Source: Candidatus Latescibacterota bacterium
Lineage (GTDB): Bacteria > Latescibacterota > UBA2968 > UBA8231
Reading direction: 5' to 3'
NCBI GenBank assembly: GCA_965215195.1
Contig: CBDCDC010000001.1
Span: 512,001-576,000, forward strand
Length of the DNA stretch: 64,000 nt
This document shows, one piece after another, positions 39,868 to 47,898 of the stretch. Made by a program: the position numbers and the translations under genes. The notes under the pieces were generated by a model, which was not told the origin of the DNA, ran no database searches, and was given only the letters and a program-made list of their open reading frames with translations. Every line of letters starts with the position of its first letter. Position 1 is the stretch's first letter.

Positions 39868-40088
39868 TAATAGCTCGCCTCGGGTTGACCCCCGGGGGCC
39901 TTCATCCGGCTCCTATCGTGTCATTCGGGGCGGCGACGTCGACGCTCCCGCCCGGAAGGTGCGGTCGGCGTTTCGCGGCTCCGAAGGGGACGGCTACCGC
40001 CACGCCCGCATTGGTGTGCGCCTTCTCAGGATTCGTTAACCCTTGATTCCTTTTACCCTTGGCGGGGGTTGAGGGGTATGGGGCCTGC

Positions 40089-40182
40089 TTTTGGGGGGAT
40101 CCTAACAATAGGGGCTGGACGCCGCTGTGCTGTGCAGTGAAAAACAAAGCCCAAGAGACGGTCCGATTATTGCGCCAGTATC
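40089..40182 (+). pseudogene. Ankyrin-repeat gene fragment
   Basis: GDPNNRGWTPLCCAVKNKAQETVRLLRQY resembles the ANK units upstream; no credible start. Confidence 0.45.
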
Positions 40183-40252
40183 TTCCCTTACTTTGGAGAG
40201 GGGAGCGGATTGAAACCAATCAGTCGGTAGAATGGCGGCTAAGAAGGTAGTT

Positions 40253-40261
40253 TGTTATACT
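40253..40261 (+). promoter_or_regulatory. Extended -10 promoter for lepB and possibly the proteasome operon
   Basis: TGTTATACT 13 nt upstream of ATG 40275, followed by a GAGGAG SD. Confidence 0.4.
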
Positions 40262-40274
40262 CAGGTCTGAGGAG

Positions 40275-40988
40275 ATGCCGCAGATGAAGCACGCCAAGCA
40301 AAAGTCCGAACTCGGCCAATACCTGTATTCTATATTGACCGTCGTGGGTTTGTTTCTGGTCATTCGCACCAGTGTGGTGCAGGCCTTTTACATCCCTTCC
40401 AGCTCAATGGAAGACACGCTCTTGGTGGGCGATTATCTGCTGGCCAACAAGTTTATCTACGGCGTCCCGGTCGATGTGCCCCTGACGAGCATTTCCCTCT
40501 TCCGCCTGCCCGCGCTCAGGGAACCGCAGCCGGGCGACATCGTCATTTTCCGCTCTCCGCAGGACGAAGGGCGCGACTTGATCAAGCGCTGCGTCGCCGT
40601 TGGGGGGCAGAAAGTGGAAATTATCAACAAGGTGCTCTACGTCGATGGTCAGCGCCAGCAGGACCCGCCACAGACCAAGTACACGGAACGCAGATTGCTC
40701 TCGGCGGCGCGCAGCGCCCGCGACAATTTCGGACCCTATATCGTGCCCGATGGGCATTTCTTTATGATGGGCGACAACCGCGACAACAGTCTCGACAGCC
40801 GCTACTTTCGCGCCGTGCCCAAGCGGTTGATCAAGGGCAAGGCCATGAGCATCTATTGGTCGTGGGCACCCGACACCCGCGGGCCGTACTACAGTGGCTT
40901 GACGTCGCTGCCCGCGGTGGTGGCCAGCTTTGTCTGGCGTTTGCCCAGCCGAGTGCGCTACGAGCGGCTCGGCGACGTGATCTACTAA
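40275..40988 (+). CDS. lepB: Signal peptidase I
   Basis: IPSSSMEDTL (catalytic Ser), DLIKRCV (Lys), MGDNRDNSLDSR. Confidence 0.95.
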   Translation: MPQMKHAKQKSELGQYLYSILTVVGLFLVIRTSVVQAFYIPSSSMEDTLLVGDYLLANKFIYGVPVDVPLTSISLFRLPALREPQPGDIVIFRSPQDEGRDLIKRCVAVGGQKVEIINKVLYVDGQRQQDPPQTKYTERRLLSAARSARDNFGPYIVPDGHFFMMGDNRDNSLDSRYFRAVPKRLIKGKAMSIYWSWAPDTRGPYYSGLTSLPAVVASFVWRLPSRVRYERLGDVIY

Positions 40989-40998
40989 GGGGAGCGGA

Positions 40999-42678
40999 TT
41001 GAAACACTACGAACAACGCGACGAGCCAGAGAAGCAGGTCGCCGAGCCCTTGCGCTTGGTCGATCAGCTGCTTGCGCTAGCTCCAGACCGCGACCCGACC
41101 CGGCCCCTGCTGTACCGCCTCCGGCGCCAGCTCATGGAGCGGGAGATTTCCTTTCAGGAGGCGCACCGGGCCCTCGTGGAGATGGAAGCCGCCCTAGAAA
41201 AGGTGACGGCCCCGGCCAACCGCGTCGGCATCTTCCTCGGCATGCCGAGCGAGGGAATTGCCACGGTCTTCGTCGGCAGTGCCGAATACTACGCCAACAT
41301 CGACCCGCGCGTCGATGTGTCCCAGCTCAAGGTCGGCTGCCGGGTGCTGGTAAACGAAGCCTACGCGGTCGTCGGTAACTTGGGGCACAGCCCCTCCGGG
41401 CCGGTGGCCAAGGTCGGCGATCTGCTCGGGGGGGGCCGGTTGCGGATCGCCCAAGCGCACGGTACCCAAGAGGTGGTCGTGGAGCGCGCCGCGGAATTGG
41501 CCGACGCGGATTTGCAAATCGGCGACGAGGTGCGCATGGACCCAGCCTACAAGGTCGCCCTAGAAGTGTTGCAGTCGGCCGAGAGCAAGGAATACTTCAT
41601 TGAGGACGTTCCCCCCACCCCTTGGGAGAGCATCGGCGGCCAAGCCGAAGCGATAGAAGCCATCCGCGACACCATTGAACTGCCCGCATTGCACCCCCAG
41701 CTCTTCGAGCGCTTCGAGTACTCAACGCCCAAGGGCTTCCTGCTCTACGGCCCCCCGGGCTGCGGCAAGACCCTCATCGGTAAGGCCACGGCATACAACT
41801 TGGTGCAGCACATGCGCGAGGTTGAGGGCTTGGAGTTAGAGGAGTATTTCATGCACATCAAGGGGCCGGAGATCCTCAACATGTGGCTCGGCGAGACCGA
41901 GCGCATGGTGCGCGAGGTCTTTGCCCAAGCGCGGCAAAAGCGCAAGGAAGGCTACTTGCCCTTTGTCTTTATCGACGAAGCTGAGTCGATCTTGGGCACT
42001 CGGCGCTCCATGCGCAGCCACAACATCTCCAACACGGTTGTGCCGATGTTTTGCACTGAGATGGACGGCATTGAGTCCCTGCACGACGTGGTGCTGATTT
42101 TGGCCTCTAACCGCCACGATCTAATCGACCCGGCCGTGCTCCGGCCCGGCCGCATCGACCGCAAGATCAAGGTCGCGCGCCCCAACTACGAAGCAGCCGG
42201 CGACATTTTGCGGATTTACCTCAAGCCCGAGCTGCCGCTCGACCGCGCCGAGGTGGAGCAGCACGGCGGCGAGGCGGCGGCGCGCGAGGTCCTGATACAG
42301 GAGGGCCTCAACGAGTTGTTTTCCAAAGGCGAAGAGGCCCGCTTCTTGGAGGTGTCGCTGCGCAGCGGCCGCCAAGAAGTGCTCTATCGCGGCAACCTGA
42401 TTTCCGGGGCCATCATCGCCTCGGTCGTTTCGCGGGCCAAGGAAATGGCAATCAAGCGCGCCATTGCCGAGGGCGACCCGGAAGGCGGGATCCGCGGCGC
42501 GGATCTGCGGCAGGCCACGCGGGCCGAATACCGCGAAAACGAAGTGTTCCCACCCTCGGACAGCGTCGAAGACTGGCTCAAGCTGCTCGACTACGAGCCC
42601 GAGAACGTGGTGCGGGTGACGCCGGTTAGACCCCAGCCGGAAAAGACACCGGAAAAGCGCGTCGGCCAAGTAATCTGA
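40999..42678 (+). CDS. arc: Proteasome-associated AAA+ ATPase (ARC/Mpa-like)
   Basis: N-terminal coiled coil and OB domains, YGPPGCGKT, IKGPEILN, FIDEAES, NRHDLIDPAVLRPGRIDRKI; TTG start after AAGGGGAG. Confidence 0.92.
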   Translation: MKHYEQRDEPEKQVAEPLRLVDQLLALAPDRDPTRPLLYRLRRQLMEREISFQEAHRALVEMEAALEKVTAPANRVGIFLGMPSEGIATVFVGSAEYYANIDPRVDVSQLKVGCRVLVNEAYAVVGNLGHSPSGPVAKVGDLLGGGRLRIAQAHGTQEVVVERAAELADADLQIGDEVRMDPAYKVALEVLQSAESKEYFIEDVPPTPWESIGGQAEAIEAIRDTIELPALHPQLFERFEYSTPKGFLLYGPPGCGKTLIGKATAYNLVQHMREVEGLELEEYFMHIKGPEILNMWLGETERMVREVFAQARQKRKEGYLPFVFIDEAESILGTRRSMRSHNISNTVVPMFCTEMDGIESLHDVVLILASNRHDLIDPAVLRPGRIDRKIKVARPNYEAAGDILRIYLKPELPLDRAEVEQHGGEAAAREVLIQEGLNELFSKGEEARFLEVSLRSGRQEVLYRGNLISGAIIASVVSRAKEMAIKRAIAEGDPEGGIRGADLRQATRAEYRENEVFPPSDSVEDWLKLLDYEPENVVRVTPVRPQPEKTPEKRVGQVI

Positions 42679-42686
42679 CTCAGCTC

Positions 42687-44231
42687 ATGCAGCGGCTCTG
42701 CGGGGTAGAAACCGAGTACGGCATCCAAGTTGATGAAAGCGAGTCCATGGACGTGGTAGTAGAGTCCATGGAGCTGATCCGCTGCTATGTGCGCCAAGAT
42801 TTTGTCGCTCTCTGGGATTACGCGCTCGAAAACCCCCGGCTCGACATGCGCGGCTTTGAGGTGGCCGCGCTCCGCAACGACAAGGACGAGACCGTCCACT
42901 TGCAAAAGGATCGCCAGCGCCCGATCCAGCTAGCAGACCTCAAGAGCGACCTGATCGTCCACAACGGGGCCCGCCTGTACAACGACCACACCCACCCGGA
43001 ATTTTCCACCCCAGAATGCTATGGCCTCCGCGACTTGGTAGCCGCCGATCGCGCCGGGGAGCGGATCCTCCTCCAGTGTGCGCGTCGGCGCACCGAGGCT
43101 CGCGGCTGCGGCGTGGTGCGTTTGTACAAAAACAACACCGACTTCGAGGGGCACAGCTACGGCTGCCACGAGAATTTTCTGCTCAGCCGCGACATCCCCT
43201 TCGAGCAGGTGATCGACGGGCTGCTGCCCTTTGTGGTGACGCGGCAAATTTTTGCCGGGGCCGGCAAGGTCGGCGTCGAACAGGACGCCCGGGCGCGGGC
43301 CGCCACCTACCAGCTAACCCAGCGTGCGGACTTTTTCGAGGTCATCGCCAGCGTCGATACCATGCACCGCCGTCCGCTGGTCAACACCCGCGACGAACCG
43401 CACGCCGATCCAGCGCACTACCGCCGCCTGCACCTGATCATCGGCGACGCCAACATGTGCGAATACGCGACCGCGCTCAAGGTCGGCACGGCTTCCTTGG
43501 TATTGGACCTGCTAGAGGCCGGCGCATTGCCGGCGTTTGCATTGGCCGATCCCATTGGCGCACTCAAGGCCATTTCCCGCGACGAGTCCCAGCAGTGGCC
43601 GGTGGCCTTGTCTGGAGGAGGGACAAGTTCGGCGCTGGAGATCCAAGCGGCCCTTATGGCGGCGGCGACGCGGGTTTTTCAGGGCCGCGACGAGGAGACA
43701 GATTGGATCCTCGCGGCTTGGCGCGACGTGTTGGACGCACTCGTGCGCGACCCGCAAGAGCTGATTGGACGCCTCGATTGGGTGACCAAGAAGTGGCTTT
43801 TGGATGCGTTTGCCGAGTCCGAGGGTCTCGATTGGGAACGGCCAGACGACCGCGCTTGGCTGCAAAGCCAAGACCTCGAATACCACAACATCGACCCGGC
43901 TGAGGGCCTATACGCGACGCTCGAAGCGGCCGGCCAAGTAGAGCGCGTCGTCTCCGCGGAGGCGGTGTGTCGGGCGGTGGTCGATCCGCCCGGGGACACG
44001 CGGGCCTATTTCCGCGGCAAGATGTTGCAGAAATTTGCCTCCGCCGTGCGCTCGCTCAACTGGGACAGCATTGAGCTGGAACTCAATGGCCGCTCCGAGG
44101 TCATCGACCTCAAGGCTTGTGTTGGCAGGGAGACAGCGGCTTATTATAACCAAGCCTTAGACGCGGCTTTGAGCGTCGAGGATTTGCTCGCCAGATTGGG
44201 TCAAAACCCGAAACCGGAGGTGTCACCATGA
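42687..44231 (+). CDS. dop: Dop-like deamidase/deconjugase
   Basis: GVETEYGI, GARLYNDHTHPEFSTPEC, SYGCHENFL, QRADFFE, NTRDEPHAD, RRLHLIIGDANM. Confidence 0.88.
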   Translation: MQRLCGVETEYGIQVDESESMDVVVESMELIRCYVRQDFVALWDYALENPRLDMRGFEVAALRNDKDETVHLQKDRQRPIQLADLKSDLIVHNGARLYNDHTHPEFSTPECYGLRDLVAADRAGERILLQCARRRTEARGCGVVRLYKNNTDFEGHSYGCHENFLLSRDIPFEQVIDGLLPFVVTRQIFAGAGKVGVEQDARARAATYQLTQRADFFEVIASVDTMHRRPLVNTRDEPHADPAHYRRLHLIIGDANMCEYATALKVGTASLVLDLLEAGALPAFALADPIGALKAISRDESQQWPVALSGGGTSSALEIQAALMAAATRVFQGRDEETDWILAAWRDVLDALVRDPQELIGRLDWVTKKWLLDAFAESEGLDWERPDDRAWLQSQDLEYHNIDPAEGLYATLEAAGQVERVVSAEAVCRAVVDPPGDTRAYFRGKMLQKFASAVRSLNWDSIELELNGRSEVIDLKACVGRETAAYYNQALDAALSVEDLLARLGQNPKPEVSP

Positions 44232-44416
44232 GCGATTTTATCTACTACCGGGAGCGTGCGCCCCGGCCGACCAAGCCGCTTGACGACGACGATGGGCCAG
44301 ATACCGGCCCGCGCCGGCCAAAGGTCGAGCGCCCTAGCACGGACGACATCCTCAAGCGGATGCGCCGCGTAGATCCGAATCAGGCGCGTCGCTACCGCCA
44401 GCGCACCGGACAGTAG
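44228..44416 (+). CDS. ubact: Ubiquitin-like tag protein UBact (Pup analogue)
   Basis: 62 aa, low-complexity, C-terminus ILKRMRRVDPNQARRYRQRTGQ; lies between dop and prcB. Confidence 0.9.
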   Translation: MSDFIYYRERAPRPTKPLDDDDGPDTGPRRPKVERPSTDDILKRMRRVDPNQARRYRQRTGQ

Positions 44417-44421
44417 CCGCT

Positions 44422-45180
44422 GTGGAAAGCTGCGACTTCCTCAACTTGCTCAAGGAGCAGGGGCTTTTGCCCGCCGCCCCGACCGTTGCTCCAGAAGCGT
44501 CTTTGCAGCCGGTTGAGGGCACCACGATTGTAGCAGTGCGCTGCGCCGACGGGGTGGTGGTAGCCGGCGACCGCCGCGCCACCATGGGCAACTTGGTGGT
44601 GTACGACCGCGCCGACAAAGTGCTGATCATTGACGACGAAGCGGTCATGGCCATTGCCGGCTCGCCGGCCGTGGCGTGGGACATTGCGCGCATGCTGGAA
44701 ATGTCGGTGCAGTACTATCGCCGCAGCCAGCTCCAAGGGCTGAGTCTCGATGGCAAGGTGCGGACTTTGTCGCGGCTGTTGCGCCAGAACTTGCCGCTGG
44801 CCATGCAGGGGATTGGCGCGGTGGTGCCGATCTTTGCGGCCTTTGACCACGAAGCCGCGGAGGGCAAAATTTTCTTTTACGACCTCTTGGGGGCCGAGTT
44901 CGAGTGCGTGGATTTCTGCGCCACCGGGTCGGGCGCACACATTGTGCGCGGTGCCCTGTACTACCAAAACCGCTGGGGGCCGCAGCCGCTGCGGGAAATG
45001 GCCGGGGACCAAGCTGTCGAGCTGGTGCTCAAGATGCTGGAGACAGCCGCTGAATACGACACGGCTACTGGCGGCTTCCGCGAGGCCGCGCACGTCTTCC
45101 CCCAGGTCGTGCAGGTGACGGCCGCGGGCTTGAGCACCGTGCCCGAAGCGGACTTGGCCGCGCTCTACCAAAGGGCTTGA
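44422..45180 (+). CDS. prcB: 20S proteasome beta subunit
   Basis: Propeptide then G|TTIVA (Ntn Thr1), AGDRRAT, ATGSG, AEYDTATGG. Confidence 0.92.
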   Translation: MESCDFLNLLKEQGLLPAAPTVAPEASLQPVEGTTIVAVRCADGVVVAGDRRATMGNLVVYDRADKVLIIDDEAVMAIAGSPAVAWDIARMLEMSVQYYRRSQLQGLSLDGKVRTLSRLLRQNLPLAMQGIGAVVPIFAAFDHEAAEGKIFFYDLLGAEFECVDFCATGSGAHIVRGALYYQNRWGPQPLREMAGDQAVELVLKMLETAAEYDTATGGFREAAHVFPQVVQVTAAGLSTVPEADLAALYQRA

Positions 45181-45185
45181 GGCGC

Positions 45186-45944
45186 ATGTTAGAGGAACCT
45201 TATCGCTGGGTCGAAGCCATCAACAACCGCCGCGAGTACGTGGAAGACCAGCTCGCGAGCGGCAGTCCGGTGGTGGGTACGACGTACGCCGACGGGGTGC
45301 TGCTGCTGACGGCTACCCCAGGCCCGCGCAAGCTCTTCGAGGTGTACGACGAGATCGCCTTTGCGGCCGTGGGGCACCCGGCCGACATCGAGAAGCTGCG
45401 CAAAGCCGTCATCGACATTGCCCATGTCGATGGATTCAACCTGTCGGCCAACGACGTGACCTTACAGCGGTTGGTCAGCTTTGGCATTGGCCCGCTGATG
45501 AAGGCGGCTTTCGACGAGATCTTTCGCTCGCCCTTTATCGCCCGCGTGATGATGGCCGAGCTAGACCCGGATGGCGGCGACGCCTTTTTCACCATTGACG
45601 CCGATGGGTCCTTTGCCCAGAGCGGCGGAGCGGCGGCCATCAGCGGTAGCGCAGAGAGCGCACAAGCCATGGCGGCACAACTGCAAGCGGCCAACCCGGA
45701 CCTGCCCCTCGATCAAGCCTTGGGCGCGGCCTTGGAGGTGTGGGGATTGGGCCGGTTGACCCTCGACGCCCGCGATGGAGAGGTGCCCAGCACCGAGGCC
45801 GTGCGCGATTTTCTAAAGGGCGGTTTGCAAGGGCTGACCATTGAGGCTGCAGTACTCGACCGCGACCGCGTCGCCAAGTCGAAGTTCCGCCTGCTCACCG
45901 CGGAACAGCTAGCCGAACCACTCGCTTCCTACTTCGAGGTCTAG
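45186..45944 (+). CDS. prcA: 20S proteasome alpha subunit
   Basis: RREYVEDQLASGSPVV, RKLFEVYD, AAVGHPADIE, IEAAVLDR...KFR. Confidence 0.88.
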   Translation: MLEEPYRWVEAINNRREYVEDQLASGSPVVGTTYADGVLLLTATPGPRKLFEVYDEIAFAAVGHPADIEKLRKAVIDIAHVDGFNLSANDVTLQRLVSFGIGPLMKAAFDEIFRSPFIARVMMAELDPDGGDAFFTIDADGSFAQSGGAAAISGSAESAQAMAAQLQAANPDLPLDQALGAALEVWGLGRLTLDARDGEVPSTEAVRDFLKGGLQGLTIEAAVLDRDRVAKSKFRLLTAEQLAEPLASYFEV

Positions 45945-45945
45945 G

Positions 45946-47373
45946 ATGGAAGGTCGCATATTCGGGATAGAAACCGAGTACGGCTGTCTGCCGCCGGCTT
46001 CAGATCCCTTTTTGAGTCCCGATTTCGTGTCGATAAAGGCCAAGGACTGCGTGTTCTATCGCGATGGCTTGGGCATTGTCGATATGCACTATCGGGGCCG
46101 CGACGAGCCGCCCGGCAACGGGGGCTTTCTCTTCAACGGCGGGCGCGTGTACATCGACATGGGCCACGTCGAGTACGCCACCCCGGAATGCACCAAGATT
46201 TTTGATTTGGTCGCGGCCGACCGGGCCGGCGAGCGGTTGGTGCAGCGCGCACTAGACCAGCTTGGCTTGGCCGATAGCGCGGCCTTCTTTAAAAACAATA
46301 TCGACCACTACACCGGGGCTACTTTTGGCTGCCACGAAAATTACCTCGTGCGGCGGGAGGTGCCGTTTTCGCAAGTGCTGCTGCCGACCATGCTGCCCTT
46401 TTTCGTCACTCGCCAGATATTCGCCGGTGCCGGCCGCGTTGGTTGCCACACGGATATTTTCGATTACAACAGTGCCGAGGACGAAAGCGTTGAATTCCAA
46501 CTCTCGCAGCGGGCCGATCACATCGTCACCGAGATTTACCAGTGGATCCAGTTCAGTCGTGCGATCATCAACACCCGCGACGAGCCGCTGGCCGATTGGG
46601 GGCTGTACCGCCGCTTGCACCTGCTGGTGGGCGACTCGAATATGATGGAATACGCCACGGCCCTGAAGGTGGGTACCACGGCCTTGGTGTTGCAACTTTT
46701 GGAAGAGCAGGAGCGCGTGCTCTGCGACGATATCAGGCTCCTCGATCCGGTGCAGGCCATCCGCGACATTTCGCGCGATATGACCTATCGCTGGGAAGTG
46801 CAGCTAGAGGAAGGCCGCTACACCACTGCGACGGAGATCCAGCGCACATATCTCAACTTGGCCGAGCGCTATCTGCGCGGCCGGGACGAAGAGGGCGACT
46901 GGGTGTTGGACGAGTGGCGCTTTGTTATCGACGCCTTAGAACACGACCCCGGATGCTTGGTCGATCGCGTCGATTGGGTAGCCAAGAAGTGGCTGTTGGA
47001 GTACTTCATGCGGGAAGAGGGGTTGGACTGGCAGGATACTTGGATCCAAAGTTTGGATTTGGAATACCACAATCTCAACGCGGCGCGGAGCCTCTATTTC
47101 GATCTGTACGAGCGCGGGATGGTCAAGCGCGTCGTCAGCGACGAACGAATCAACCAAGCCATCACGCATCCCCCGACCAATACCCGCGCTTGTGCCCGCT
47201 CCCGAGTGATGAGGGCACTGACCGACCAGAAGACGCGCTACCAAATTGATTGGGACTCCATTTGCGTGGGCGACAATAAGTTCCTCAGCCTCGACGACCC
47301 CTTTCTCACCTATGGCCGTGAAGCCGAAGTCTTCATTCGCGAATGCCGGCAGACGCCGGTCGATAAGTTTTGA
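45946..47373 (+). CDS. pafA: PafA-like tag--protein ligase
   Basis: RIFGIETEYG, FLFNGGRVYIDMGHVEYATPEC, FGCHENYL, SQRADH, NTRDEPLAD, RRLHLLVGDSN. Confidence 0.9.
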   Translation: MEGRIFGIETEYGCLPPASDPFLSPDFVSIKAKDCVFYRDGLGIVDMHYRGRDEPPGNGGFLFNGGRVYIDMGHVEYATPECTKIFDLVAADRAGERLVQRALDQLGLADSAAFFKNNIDHYTGATFGCHENYLVRREVPFSQVLLPTMLPFFVTRQIFAGAGRVGCHTDIFDYNSAEDESVEFQLSQRADHIVTEIYQWIQFSRAIINTRDEPLADWGLYRRLHLLVGDSNMMEYATALKVGTTALVLQLLEEQERVLCDDIRLLDPVQAIRDISRDMTYRWEVQLEEGRYTTATEIQRTYLNLAERYLRGRDEEGDWVLDEWRFVIDALEHDPGCLVDRVDWVAKKWLLEYFMREEGLDWQDTWIQSLDLEYHNLNAARSLYFDLYERGMVKRVVSDERINQAITHPPTNTRACARSRVMRALTDQKTRYQIDWDSICVGDNKFLSLDDPFLTYGREAEVFIRECRQTPVDKF

Positions 47374-47379
47374 TGTATG

Positions 47380-47476
47380 CTGCCATACTTGAAAAGCTAG
47401 CGGCGCGATTGCTGACCCTGTCAAGTGGCAACGCGCCCTCCGCCGAGATCGCACCTTGCCGGAGCGCGAAGAGTAG
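47380..47476 (+). pseudogene. Antitoxin (VapB-like) remnant
   Basis: Fragments AAILEKLAA and IADPVKWQRALRRDRTLPEREE* in different frames, directly before the PIN gene. Confidence 0.5.
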
Positions 47477-47852
47477 TGCTCATTGACAGCAACATTCTCA
47501 TCTATGCGTCCCACCTACACATGCTCACCTGAGACAGTTGATTGTTGAGTGAGTGCCGGCCGTTTCGGCCATCAGTTACGTAGAAGTCCTCGGGTATCAC
47601 CAACTTGATGACGCGGAGCGGCAATACTTGGAGGCATTTTTTTGCTTAGCGCAGGTTCTGCCTCTTTCACAAGACGTCCTCGATCGAGCAGTAGCCCTCC
47701 GACAGCAGCTCGGTGATGCCCTCGTAGCCGGGACTGCGCTAATGCGCGAACTGACGTTGGTAACTCGCAATGTGGAGGATTTTCAGTGGATTCAGGAACT
47801 GTCATTATTGAACCCTTTTGCATCCGAGGCTCTAAAAAAATACACAAATTAA
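47476..47852 (+). pseudogene. vapC: Frameshifted PIN-domain toxin (VapC)
   Basis: VLIDSNILIY from GTG 47476, then out of frame with SAISYVEVLGY...LGDALVAGTA...LVTRNVEDF. Confidence 0.75.
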
Positions 47853-47898
47853 TAACTGAAGAATATAAAAACTATAACATTATGAGTGCTCTTTACCT

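Larger units (their letters stand above)
36249..40039 (+). pseudogene. Dynamin-like GTPase 3 fused to ankyrin repeats and an FGE-sulfatase (C-type lectin fold) domain, interrupted by IS copy 2
   Basis: GGGFSSGKS, DTPG, NKAD; six ANK repeats; FQMGS...RLPSEAEWEYACRAG...NPWGLYDMHGNVREWVQD. Removing the IS and one TSD restores YYNSSPRVDPRGP...RVIRGG...IGVRLLRIR* ending at 40039. The current truncated ORF stops at 38996. Confidence 0.88.

Noticed and set aside
40178-40216. CRISPR array
   Set aside because: Only one full repeat-like unit and one partial match 789 bp away, with no spacers or cas genes. Kept only as a repeat finding.
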